DNA of 64,000 nt from a virus (taxonomy: Duplodnaviria; Caudoviricetes), in the IMG/VR virus record IMGVR_UViG_3300022682_000066, positions 816 to 64,815 of that record, one strand, 5' to 3'. The notes beneath the pieces were generated by a model. The model had not been told where the DNA came from. It ran no database searches and was given only the letters and a program-made list of their open reading frames with translations. Position 1 is the stretch's first letter; every line of letters begins with the position of its first letter. The translations under genes were made by a program, and so were the position numbers. Below are positions 28,901-38,466 of the stretch, in pieces.

Positions 28901-31900
28901 TGGCTACTCTAGCAATCGCAGGGGCAGGCGCTCTCGGAAGTAGTGCTCTCGGGTTGGGTGCCGGGATCGGTTGGCTCGCCGGAACCCTGATTGGGAACCT
29001 GCTCTTTCCTGCACCTTCGCAAGAGATCGTACAGCAAGGACCACGTCTTGGAGACCTTACGGTTTCTTCCTCTGCATTTGGCGCTCCAATTCCGATTCCG
29101 TATGGTACGGTTCGTGTGGCTGGTAACATGATCTGGAGTGAGGGGATCAAGGAGACCAAGCACAGCACCAGTACCAGTAGCGGCGGGGGCAAGGGCGGCG
29201 GCGGGGGCGGGGTCACGCAAACCTCAATTACATACACCTACTCTTGTTCGTTTGCGATGGCATTCGGCCAGGGTGAGGCTGACGATGTGCTTCGTATTTG
29301 GGCGGACGGCAAGCTGCTTTACGATAAGACCGGTACGGGGCAGGTGGCTTCCCAGGAAGTGCGGTATCGGTTCTACCCTGGTAGTGAAACGCAGCTCGCT
29401 TCAAGTGTGATTGCCGCAGACAAGGGGGAGGATAATACCCCGGCGTTCAGGGGATTGTGCTACATCGTTTTTGAGGATCTCCAGCTTGCAAACTTTGGTA
29501 ATCGGATTCCCAACATGACGGCGGAAATCACATTCGAGAAGACGCCGAGTTGCCCGGAGTTGGAATTCACTTTTACTTCTGGTGAGCCGGCTGGGTACGA
29601 CATTTACTCTCTTATGGTGGATTCCCAGCGCGGGCGTGCCTACATTTCTGATAGTTCTGGGGATGACGATCATACCGGTTTCCGTGCTTTTGACTGGTGG
29701 AGTGGGCAGGAGATTCTCAAGGTTACCGCTGCTGATGCATTGAGCGCGGAAAGCATCGCAGATGGTGGGTTGTCTTGGCGGCTCGTTGGTATTGATTCTA
29801 ACGGTGATCTCTATACCACGGTCGGTGCAACCAACCAGCGCCCACTCGTTAAAATCGATGGGAATAGTCTGCGTGAGACCGCCCGATTCGGATCTACTGG
29901 TAGCGGGGTTTCTAACACGGATGATGCTCTTGTTGCAACCAAGGGCGTTTGCGAACTTCAAGTTATGAATATCACTGGGTTGGAGCGATTTCTCGTTGTA
30001 ACGAGCTTTTTCAATGATGTTGCTGTTCTGACTGAAGGGATGGGGCATCTCGACAACTTTGAACTCGACGAAGCCACAACCGGTGGCGGTTGCATGGGGG
30101 ACTTGGGTGAGGCGTGGGTTACCGGGTACAATTTGAACGGTACTCAGGTCGGGCTTTACAAGGTTACTGGAGAGCCCGGTATGACCCTTTTCGGCGGAGT
30201 TGCCGTCGGGGTTGATATTGAGAAGATCGCCACCATTACACCTGCAAGCATCGGGGCTTCCGGTAAGATTCTGACCACGGGTCCCATCTACGACGAGTCG
30301 GATGGCGGTGTCATCCTTTTCATTCACTCGGACGAGGCCAAGGCGTTTGTTGTCAAATACGTCGGGGACAGTCAGCTTTGGCTCACAGAGCTCCCGGTTG
30401 GTACCCAAATTTACAGTCCTGTCCCGGCAACTGATCTTCGTTTTGGTGTTTACGCCTTTCTTGCCGGGAGCGTCTCTTATTTGATCACTACCCGCGATGG
30501 GGAGTATACTACCGAAACCTGCTGGATCACCGGGGGCGGGGTCGGCTCGCAGTTCTTTTCTGCACTGGATAATACGATTACGAAGCTGGATAGCAATGGT
30601 CTGCGAAAGCACTATATCGGGCGCGGCAGCGGTAACGGTATCACGTTGTCCGATATCGTCGATGATATCTGCGACATTGCCGGGTTGGAATCCGGCGATT
30701 ACAACACCGCAGCGTTGACCGACGAGGTTCGCGGTTATGTCATCCCACGTCAAACGGAAGCCCGTCGGGCTATTGAGCCGCTTGCAACGGCATTCCTCTT
30801 TGATGGCGTGGAGTCCGATTACGTTCTGAAGTTCGTCAAGCGAGGCGGATCAAGTATTGATGATCTCGACGAGGACGACCTGGTCGGTACTGGGGATAGC
30901 GGCAACCCGTGGGAAGAGTCCCGGACGCAGGAGGTCGAACTCCCCGAGCAGGTCAACGTCAACTTCATGGATGTAGATGCTGATTACGAGCAGGGGACGC
31001 AGTTCGCCAAGCGTATTACAAATCCTCGCCCAACGATGTACTCGAAGAATGAGGTAACCACGGAATTGCCGATTGTTTTCAACGGGGACGAGGCAATTCA
31101 ATTGGCAGAGACGTTGCTCTATAATGCCTGGCTTGAGCGTAGTCGCTACGCTTTCGCTCTTCCCTGGGAGTTCTTGAAGTTCGACCCGACGGATATCTTC
31201 ACCATGACGATTGATGATACAACGTACACGGTGCGGATTACCGCGGTGGATGTGGGCGTTGATTTCTTGATGGAGCTCGAAGGGCTTTCGGAGGATGCCG
31301 CACTCTATACTTCGACACTCGTAGCGGATTCCAATTATGGTTTTGAAAGTCAGCAGATCGTCGGATTGGGACCCACGCGCCTCTTCCTGCTCAATATCCC
31401 GCTTTTGCGCGACTACGATGATCTGGGAGGTGCCCGTTCGCGAATCTACTTCGCGATGGGTTCTTACATGCCTGCTGATAACCCCTGGCCGGGTGCAACA
31501 CTTTATCAAAGTTCTGATTTGGAGATGTGGGATCGGTTGGTTCAGGGACCGGATGATATTGCCTGGGGTACAGTGGTGTCGGTGCTTGATGAACCCGACA
31601 GTTTATGGCGTACGGACGAGGATAGCGAAATCAAGGTCTACATGGCTCAGGGAGCAGACGCCCTTGAGAGTATTACTCAACTTCAGTTGGTAAACAATAC
31701 CAACGCTGCCTTAGTCGGGGACGAGTTAGTCTGTTTCCGTGATGTGGCACAGAACGCCGATGGATCGTATTCCCTCACCGGTTTGCTACGTGGGCGTCGC
31801 GGGACGGATGTCGAGGCTGCGAGTCATGCAGTAGGGGAGATCTTTATCCTCTTGACAACGGCAACCGTGGAGTCCTTTGCGCTGGCCCTTGCTGACGTGA

Positions 31901-33192
31901 ATACTGCGCTCTACTACAAGTCGCCAACCCATGGTACCTTGTTTGAGGAAGCTGCTTACGAATCATTCATTGGGACCGGCGAAGACCTGAAACCTTATGC
32001 ACCTGTTCAGCTGGATGCCAATTACGATGGAGACAATATCGACATCACGTGGGTGCGGCGGACCAGGGTTGCTGGTGAGTTGCGCGACGGATCGGGCACC
32101 GTTCCCATTGGTGAAGATAGCGAATCCTACGAAGTGGATATCTACGATTCAGCAGGTACCACAATCGTACGAACCCTGACTAGCAATTCTCCTGAAGTCA
32201 CTTACACAGCGGCTCAGCAATATGAGGATGGCTGGACTGGGGGCACCCTGAAATTCACAGTGTACCAGATTTCAGCAGCGATCGGGCGCGGTTTTGGTCG
32301 CACCGAGACAGTGGATATGGGTGCTACGTGGCCGGGTAGCAGCACTACGACCTCTCAGAGCACGAGTTCCACTACATCAGGTAGCACGAGTTCCACTACG
32401 TCAACTCTGAGTCAAAGCACGTCCACTACCACTACGGGTTCAACGACGACCACAACAAGTGCAGTCCCAGAGATCAACTATAAGGGGGCTGGTACTGATG
32501 TGCAGGGGCAGGGTCTCACTGAAATTGACGTATCTTTTTACGGTTTGACCGCAGTTGGTGATCTGTGTCTTGCATTTATTACGCACCGCGATACGTTGAC
32601 GTATCCGCCGGGTTGGGAACCGGTGATGCAAAAGAAGACGTCTACTGGTCAGGGGGCAATTGATCAGTGGATCACAGTGCTTCGCAAGACGTACGAATCG
32701 GATGATGGTTCGCAAGCCAAGTTCAAGCAGGCGTCCGCTCTTGTTATGTGCGGCGTGATTGTTACACTTGAAGTCACAGAAGATGGCGTTCCGTTCATTG
32801 CCGATAAGGCTCGAGGGACTTATTCAGCCGGGGCGACGAACCCTGGGTTGCACCCCGCCGCAGGCGCGCAGGGTACTACATCTGGGCAGATTGTGCTCGC
32901 GGCGTCCTCTTGTGTGTACTCGGCTATTCTCCCCGGCACGACTACTTGGTCGCCGCCTTCAGGTATGACGCTGATTACGACAGCAACCCAGCAGGCAAAC
33001 CGGATGGCAGTCGCATACGATGACGCCCCCACGGGCGCCCCGCTTTCGGGCAACTTCTCTCACGGAACCAGTACTCACGACGGTGCAGAAATTGCACTGG
33101 TTGTCGGGGTGGCTGACTCAGGCGATACAGGCACTTCAACTTCGACCACGGTGTCGGGGGCCTTGGAGTCCACGACCACGACAACGACCTAA
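28900..33192 (+). CDS. central tail/baseplate protein (GTA megatron-like) with C-terminal extension
   Basis: GPRLGDL, YGTVRVAGNMIW, PAFRGLCYIVFEDL..FGNRIPN, LLRGRRGT, WVRRTR. Confidence 0.88.
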   Translation: MATLAIAGAGALGSSALGLGAGIGWLAGTLIGNLLFPAPSQEIVQQGPRLGDLTVSSSAFGAPIPIPYGTVRVAGNMIWSEGIKETKHSTSTSSGGGKGGGGGGVTQTSITYTYSCSFAMAFGQGEADDVLRIWADGKLLYDKTGTGQVASQEVRYRFYPGSETQLASSVIAADKGEDNTPAFRGLCYIVFEDLQLANFGNRIPNMTAEITFEKTPSCPELEFTFTSGEPAGYDIYSLMVDSQRGRAYISDSSGDDDHTGFRAFDWWSGQEILKVTAADALSAESIADGGLSWRLVGIDSNGDLYTTVGATNQRPLVKIDGNSLRETARFGSTGSGVSNTDDALVATKGVCELQVMNITGLERFLVVTSFFNDVAVLTEGMGHLDNFELDEATTGGGCMGDLGEAWVTGYNLNGTQVGLYKVTGEPGMTLFGGVAVGVDIEKIATITPASIGASGKILTTGPIYDESDGGVILFIHSDEAKAFVVKYVGDSQLWLTELPVGTQIYSPVPATDLRFGVYAFLAGSVSYLITTRDGEYTTETCWITGGGVGSQFFSALDNTITKLDSNGLRKHYIGRGSGNGITLSDIVDDICDIAGLESGDYNTAALTDEVRGYVIPRQTEARRAIEPLATAFLFDGVESDYVLKFVKRGGSSIDDLDEDDLVGTGDSGNPWEESRTQEVELPEQVNVNFMDVDADYEQGTQFAKRITNPRPTMYSKNEVTTELPIVFNGDEAIQLAETLLYNAWLERSRYAFALPWEFLKFDPTDIFTMTIDDTTYTVRITAVDVGVDFLMELEGLSEDAALYTSTLVADSNYGFESQQIVGLGPTRLFLLNIPLLRDYDDLGGARSRIYFAMGSYMPADNPWPGATLYQSSDLEMWDRLVQGPDDIAWGTVVSVLDEPDSLWRTDEDSEIKVYMAQGADALESITQLQLVNNTNAALVGDELVCFRDVAQNADGSYSLTGLLRGRRGTDVEAASHAVGEIFILLTTATVESFALALADVNTALYYKSPTHGTLFEEAAYESFIGTGEDLKPYAPVQLDANYDGDNIDITWVRRTRVAGELRDGSGTVPIGEDSESYEVDIYDSAGTTIVRTLTSNSPEVTYTAAQQYEDGWTGGTLKFTVYQISAAIGRGFGRTETVDMGATWPGSSTTTSQSTSSTTSGSTSSTTSTLSQSTSTTTTGSTTTTTSAVPEINYKGAGTDVQGQGLTEIDVSFYGLTAVGDLCLAFITHRDTLTYPPGWEPVMQKKTSTGQGAIDQWITVLRKTYESDDGSQAKFKQASALVMCGVIVTLEVTEDGVPFIADKARGTYSAGATNPGLHPAAGAQGTTSGQIVLAASSCVYSAILPGTTTWSPPSGMTLITTATQQANRMAVAYDDAPTGAPLSGNFSHGTSTHDGAEIALVVGVADSGDTGTSTSTTVSGALESTTTTTT

Positions 33193-33206
33193 GGAGGTTA
33201 GATGCA

Positions 33207-33923
33207 ATGGCGACCACAAATCTGAATATCACTGAAGTCGCTGCTTCCCAGAATAACAAGGAAGTGACGATCAACGATGCACTCGAAGCGTTGGACCAGG
33301 GGACCCAGGGGTCCAAGGCCCAAACCATTACCGGTGCCACTTCTCTTTCTGCAGCGGATTTCACCGGGTACTTCGCTCAAATTCTCGGCGGTTCCCCTGC
33401 AGCGGCCTTCACATTGAACGTCCCCGCCACGAAGCGGTTGTTCCTGATTGCTAACAACACGGGGCAAACCGCAACCGTTCAAGTGACGGGTGGTGGAGGA
33501 GATAGCGTTACCGTCGCCAATGGTGCTATCAAGTTGCTTTACTGCGACGGGGCAGACATTGATGAAGCCGGGGGCGGGGGAAGTGCCGAAACAACTGTGA
33601 GTAACAAAACGGACAATTACACCGTCACTGCCGGCGATCTCGGCGCCCTCCTTTTCATGGACAAGGCCACAGCAAATACGGTTTCACTGCCTGATGATGC
33701 AACGGAAGACCTTGCTATCGGGTTTACGGTTAATGTTGCTCAGAAGGGAGTGGGTGCCACTTCATTTGCGGCTCTCGGGGTGGGCACGATCCTTACTCCG
33801 GATACCTCCATTTTGCGCGGGCAGTATTCTATCGCTGGCGCGGTCAAGGTGGCGGCGAATACGTGGTTGCTGTTTGGTGATCTCACCTCCTCTGCATCCA
33901 GCACGAGCACCACAACGTCTTAG
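33207..33923 (+). CDS. tail fibre/adaptor protein (DUF2793-like N-terminus)
   Basis: TTNLNI..VAASQNNKEVTINDAL..LD; ends SSASSTSTTTS. Confidence 0.7.
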   Translation: MATTNLNITEVAASQNNKEVTINDALEALDQGTQGSKAQTITGATSLSAADFTGYFAQILGGSPAAAFTLNVPATKRLFLIANNTGQTATVQVTGGGGDSVTVANGAIKLLYCDGADIDEAGGGGSAETTVSNKTDNYTVTAGDLGALLFMDKATANTVSLPDDATEDLAIGFTVNVAQKGVGATSFAALGVGTILTPDTSILRGQYSIAGAVKVAANTWLLFGDLTSSASSTSTTTS

Positions 33924-33931
33924 GAGAAGCC

Positions 33932-36322
33932 ATGCTGCTCAATCAAGGTGTTCTTTCTGCAGGAAAAGTCGTAGCTGCATCGACAGGACCGAACAATCCT
34001 GGGTCGAAAGCTCCGTACCCGATTCCGGCAACCTACGCCTACTTATACGATGCTACGAACCTGTGGGCTTTGTACGACAAGGCCGGAGATACCCAATGCG
34101 GAAATGAAGAAGCAGCGAGTATCATCAAGACAATCACAGCTATTTTGGTCTATGAATATAAATCCGGCGTAATGACATCAGAAACGGTGACCGTAACGGC
34201 TGCGGATATCAAAACGGGTAGCACCGCCAATCTCCAAGACGGGGATATTTTGACTTGGGAAGATTTACTGCACGGCATAATGGTGCCGAGCGGAAATGAT
34301 GCCGCCTACTGTGCTGCCAGGATTATCGGGGACGAAGTCTATGCCGCTGCTGGGAACACTGGTACGTCCGGCGTGACGCGGTTTGTGGAATTGATGAATT
34401 CCAAGGCGACCGCACTTGGGATGGCAAACTCTGTGTTCGTGTCCCCAAGTGGCGTCAACGCTACCGGGAACAAGACGACCACTCACGATATGTGCTTGGC
34501 CGGGGCCGAATGTTTCGGAACACCGTATCTTGCTGAAGTTTCCATGCAACCTTCTTGGGAAATGACCATCACTGGACCAAATGCCAGGACGTACACGGTT
34601 GACAACGCTTGTGCCTTTGCTAATGGCCCTAGCTTCAATCAAAGCGGTGAGGTCGATAAGCGAGTAATTGGGTGCAAGAATGGCGATCTTGTTATCGGTG
34701 CTTCCCATTCTTCTGTGGCAATGTGGCAGACGCCGAATGGTACAAGAATTGTCGGCTGCATCATAAAGTCCCCTTCTGGGTACAATCGGAATCTGGACAT
34801 GCACTCTCTTTATTTCGGGGCACTCAACGAGTACAACTACTTATCTGAAGGTATGCAGTGGGCGGATGATCCGCATTTGGACGATGTCGTCGTTTTGACC
34901 GGTGCTGAATACGGCTTCGTTGACGAAAGCCCCGTGGGCAGGACCTTGTCCAATCAAGGTGGTGTGTCGTTGAGCACATCGCGCTCGATGATTCAGGGTC
35001 GTGAATACTACTTCGACGGAGTGGACGGGCGTATCGAAGCCGCCGATGCTGCTGATTTGAGCCCTGGTTCTCAGGATTTCTGCATCGAGGCTTGGGTGCG
35101 TGGGGATGGTACCGACCCTTCTGAGCAGTATGCAGTGATTGCAAGTAAATGGGACGCTACTGGAAATCAAAAAGAATTTGAGCTTGTTTACGATCACGTG
35201 ATCAACAAAATAAGTGCCTATTTTTCTTTGAACGGGTCCACACATCAAGTAATTCACATTGACGTGGGGATTTACTTCGCGATTGGTAGGCCGCATCACA
35301 TCGCAATGGTACGGAACGGGACCAAGATTTCCTTGTACGTGAATGGGGAGAAGGATCCCGACGATGATGTTGATGTCGGTACCGACGCACTGTTCTCCGG
35401 GACCGCCCCCTTTATGATCGGCGCCAGGGCTTCTGGTGGTGCCGGCACCTACGATGGGCAATTCCGCGGGTATATCGACGAGGTTCGTTTTACGATTGGT
35501 AATGCACGCTACACCGACGACATGTTCACTGTAGACGCCCGCCCGTTCTCGAGGGGTGACACGAATATTTCAACGACGAGTACTTCTACTTCAACGACTA
35601 CAACTGGTTCCACGACTACGACTACCACGCAGTCTTTCCCGAATCTTACAATCGTTGCTTGGGAACAAACACGAAGCGCCGTGGGGCCGTCGTCGTTGGC
35701 ATGCAATTTCCCCACTGGGACGGCTACAGGGGACGAAGTGTTTGCCTTTGTGATGCATTCTTCAGCCCTGACCAGTATTCCGGCAGGATGGGAGAAGATC
35801 ACGAAGCAACAGAACGTTGGTGTTACCTACGATCGATGGTGTACCGTTTTCCGCAAGACGTATGTGTCGGGGGACGGTTCTAGCGTGACATTCTCCCAGA
35901 CAACTGCAACGGGGCGGATGGTTGTCAGTCTCGTTACGATGCGGGCTTCTGATGGCGGCATTATCTACACCAGAGATATCAACGCTTCTAACGGGACAGG
36001 GTCTTCCAATCCGCAGAGCATGGCGCTTCCGTCAGGGTGCAGGGGCACTGGTGGTGAGCAGCTCTTTATCGCTGCTGCTTGGGATGCCTACGCTCTTGTT
36101 GCCGGGAACACCACGTACACAGCACCATCCAGTTGGACCTTGCAATCTCCTGCGAGTGTGGAGCAGAATAGAATGGCTGTCGCGACATTGGATCCGGCCA
36201 CTACAGATGCCGATGCTTCAGGAAGCTTCACCCAATCGGGCGGATCACATGATTTTGGTACACTCGTGTTCATTATTGGTGCTGCTGATTCGGCGGATTC
36301 GTCGACGACCACAACGTCTTAG
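33932..36322 (+). CDS. multidomain tail protein: D-Ala-D-Ala carboxypeptidase (S11) + LamG/ConA + C-terminal beta domain
   Basis: ASIIK (SxxK), PSGNDAA (SxN), KNG (KTG-like); DFCIEAWVR, HHIAMVRNG..LYVNG, GYIDEVRF. Confidence 0.82.
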   Translation: MLLNQGVLSAGKVVAASTGPNNPGSKAPYPIPATYAYLYDATNLWALYDKAGDTQCGNEEAASIIKTITAILVYEYKSGVMTSETVTVTAADIKTGSTANLQDGDILTWEDLLHGIMVPSGNDAAYCAARIIGDEVYAAAGNTGTSGVTRFVELMNSKATALGMANSVFVSPSGVNATGNKTTTHDMCLAGAECFGTPYLAEVSMQPSWEMTITGPNARTYTVDNACAFANGPSFNQSGEVDKRVIGCKNGDLVIGASHSSVAMWQTPNGTRIVGCIIKSPSGYNRNLDMHSLYFGALNEYNYLSEGMQWADDPHLDDVVVLTGAEYGFVDESPVGRTLSNQGGVSLSTSRSMIQGREYYFDGVDGRIEAADAADLSPGSQDFCIEAWVRGDGTDPSEQYAVIASKWDATGNQKEFELVYDHVINKISAYFSLNGSTHQVIHIDVGIYFAIGRPHHIAMVRNGTKISLYVNGEKDPDDDVDVGTDALFSGTAPFMIGARASGGAGTYDGQFRGYIDEVRFTIGNARYTDDMFTVDARPFSRGDTNISTTSTSTSTTTTGSTTTTTTQSFPNLTIVAWEQTRSAVGPSSLACNFPTGTATGDEVFAFVMHSSALTSIPAGWEKITKQQNVGVTYDRWCTVFRKTYVSGDGSSVTFSQTTATGRMVVSLVTMRASDGGIIYTRDINASNGTGSSNPQSMALPSGCRGTGGEQLFIAAAWDAYALVAGNTTYTAPSSWTLQSPASVEQNRMAVATLDPATTDADASGSFTQSGGSHDFGTLVFIIGAADSADSSTTTTS

Positions 36323-36331
36323 GAGGACTAG

Positions 36332-36589
36332 ATGTCCGCACAAGATCCACTTGATCTGCTTCATGCCGATCTTATCGCACTTGGGCAGCAAGTAGATAAG
36401 AATCGACGGGACATCTACGATCATAAGATTGAGGATGCAAAGATTCATAGTCGTCAGTCAGTATATTTTTGGTTGGTTTGGTTAGTGTTTGGCTTTCTTT
36501 TCTCGGTATTAACTGGGGCAACCGGATACGCTTTGCGCGTTTTGTTCGATCTTGTATTAGAATCTGCCGCAGGAGGAGTTCTACCGTGA
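36332..36589 (+). CDS. small membrane protein, holin candidate
   Basis: coiled N-terminus followed by one long hydrophobic segment. Confidence 0.5.
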   Translation: MSAQDPLDLLHADLIALGQQVDKNRRDIYDHKIEDAKIHSRQSVYFWLVWLVFGFLFSVLTGATGYALRVLFDLVLESAAGGVLP

Positions 36590-37305
36590 TCAAGGTATTA
36601 AAGACGCTGGCGTTTGGGGAAGCCTTCGTTGAAGACCAAATGGACGATTCTGACCCGTCGGTTATTAATGATTTTCAGGAACGGGTGGCGGAGAATATTC
36701 AAAAAGCGAAGCTGGAACGCGAATTGCTTCAGCAGCATTTGGCAATTCTTGAATCTACTGCAAACGAAGCTGGTGGGATGCTTTGGCGTAAGGATGCGGA
36801 TCACTGCTATCTCTACGCTAATCGGTATCATTGCAGGCACTTCTTCGGATTGCCGGCTCATTGTATCGGCATGATTCGCGGTAAGTCCGACCTCGAGCTT
36901 GCCAACGACTACATTGAGCGAACCGGGGAATGGCACGGGTTTGCCGATCTTTGTTGGAGAACCGACAATCACGCACGGGATTTACGAAAGCGGGCGGTGT
37001 ATGTCGAGGTCGGAGTAATCGGCCGGGAGGAGCGCGTTCTTAAGGTAATCAAGACGCCTCTGTTCCGCGATGGTATTTTTATCGGCACGGTCGGCTTCGC
37101 CATGGATTTGACATTCGATTGTGCAGGCGTTTTTGCTACTATCGAAATTGGAATCCAGAATGGGGCGGTGGAGCCTTTGGAAGATCAGATTTACTGGATC
37201 AAGGATCCGGATACTTGTGGGCTTGATCGTCGGCGCGGGCAGCACGTTTTGACCTGGGCCAGAGAAATGGCTGCGAAGTTTACGAAGGAGATAAACCATG
37301 AGTAA
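36586..37305 (+). CDS. standalone PAS-domain protein
   Basis: GTG 36586 coupled to the upstream stop; LWRKDADHCYLYAN...GKSDLEL...VIKTPLFRDG.FIGTVGFAMD. Confidence 0.72.
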   Translation: MIKVLKTLAFGEAFVEDQMDDSDPSVINDFQERVAENIQKAKLERELLQQHLAILESTANEAGGMLWRKDADHCYLYANRYHCRHFFGLPAHCIGMIRGKSDLELANDYIERTGEWHGFADLCWRTDNHARDLRKRAVYVEVGVIGREERVLKVIKTPLFRDGIFIGTVGFAMDLTFDCAGVFATIEIGIQNGAVEPLEDQIYWIKDPDTCGLDRRRGQHVLTWAREMAAKFTKEINHE

Positions 37306-37831
37306 AGGGTTCTGGTACAAAATTGTTGCAGGAGTAAAGCAGCTTCTTACACCGCTTCCGTCGGCACCACCACCTTTGAAGATTGTGGTACTCCGGCGCA
37401 CCCATGCGAGCATTGCTGGTACTTTCGGTACCCTGGAGATGCCGTCTGGGCAGGTCTTTGCTTCGGCCGAACCGCCCTGGCTCGGTAATGCCGTTGGGGA
37501 TTCTTGTATCCCTCCTGGGTTTGATGAGGGCTCGATACGGTATGTATGTCGTCTTGTGCAATCTCCCAAGTTCGGGCGAACGTACATGGTTACCAATGTT
37601 CCCGGCCGGTCCCATATTCTGTTTCATGCTGGTAACTGGGCTGGGCACGAAGGGCAAGGACTCAAAACTGATACTGACGGTTGTATTCTTCTTGGCGTTG
37701 GGACTGGTGCCCTTGAGGGGCAAAAGGCGTTGCTTTACAGTCGTCGTGCTATGAGAGCATTCTTCGAAGAGCTCGATTGGGAGCCCTTCGCTCTGCATAT
37801 ACAATGGGCCCCCGAGGCCTTGGACTTCTAA
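37298..37831 (+). CDS. DUF5675-like putative endolysin
   Basis: GTFGTL, EPPW, SCIPPG, VPGRSHILFHAGN, DTDGCILLG. Confidence 0.75.
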   Translation: MSKGFWYKIVAGVKQLLTPLPSAPPPLKIVVLRRTHASIAGTFGTLEMPSGQVFASAEPPWLGNAVGDSCIPPGFDEGSIRYVCRLVQSPKFGRTYMVTNVPGRSHILFHAGNWAGHEGQGLKTDTDGCILLGVGTGALEGQKALLYSRRAMRAFFEELDWEPFALHIQWAPEALDF

Positions 37832-37845
37832 CAAGGAGCAAGACA

Positions 37846-38466
37846 ATGGACCAGGGCACTTTGAGCTGGATTGTCGAGAACTGGGTCCCTCTGGGGCTTG
37901 CGGCTTTTATCTTCCTCGAGAAGATCGTAAAGCTGAGCCCTACCAAGTGGGACGATCTCCTGATCGACGGGCTGCGGGCGATTTTCCGCAAGGGCGGGGC
38001 CAAAACCGTCCTCGTCGTCCCCGTACTGGGCCTGCTGATGCTTTCCGCCTGCGCCACTGTGGACTACGTTCCGCCCGAGGCGTGCAACTGCACCGGGAAC
38101 CTCGAGGAGTGCGATAGCCGCATTCTTGGGGTTGTCCCCGATGCCAATGGGGCGGATCTCGTTTTGCAACTCGCTAACCTGTCGGCTCTCGAAGCCGGTG
38201 CGTATACGAAGGAGGATGCGCTGGAAGTGATCTCGGAAATCGAGGCCTTCCTGGCTGCCAGTGAAACCTGGGCAACCCTGGTGTCTTACGTGGCAGCCAA
38301 ATTGAGTTACGCCAATGCTGCCGCTGGTATGATCATTTTCGCGCAATCCGGTTACCTGCAGGCCCTCAATGTCCAGGAGGTGATCAGTCCCTGCGATATT
38401 GCAATTCTGAATCGTCATCTGGGCAAGCAAAAGGCGGTGATCAACGCCTTTGTTGAGCCCGACTAA
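37846..38466 (+). CDS. membrane/lipoprotein of the lysis region
   Basis: holin-like N-terminus (TM + IVKLSPTKWDD) and an internal lipobox-like LSAC. Confidence 0.55.
   Translation: MDQGTLSWIVENWVPLGLAAFIFLEKIVKLSPTKWDDLLIDGLRAIFRKGGAKTVLVVPVLGLLMLSACATVDYVPPEACNCTGNLEECDSRILGVVPDANGADLVLQLANLSALEAGAYTKEDALEVISEIEAFLAASETWATLVSYVAAKLSYANAAAGMIIFAQSGYLQALNVQEVISPCDIAILNRHLGKQKAVINAFVEPD

Noticed and set aside
26270-33192. Gene transfer agent cluster
   Set aside because: The tail tip is GTA-like, but full replication, recombination and DNA-modification modules show an autonomous phage
32338-36322. Diversity-generating retroelement behind the duplicated tail domain
   Set aside because: No reverse transcriptase in the window; the copies diverge throughout rather than only at adenines
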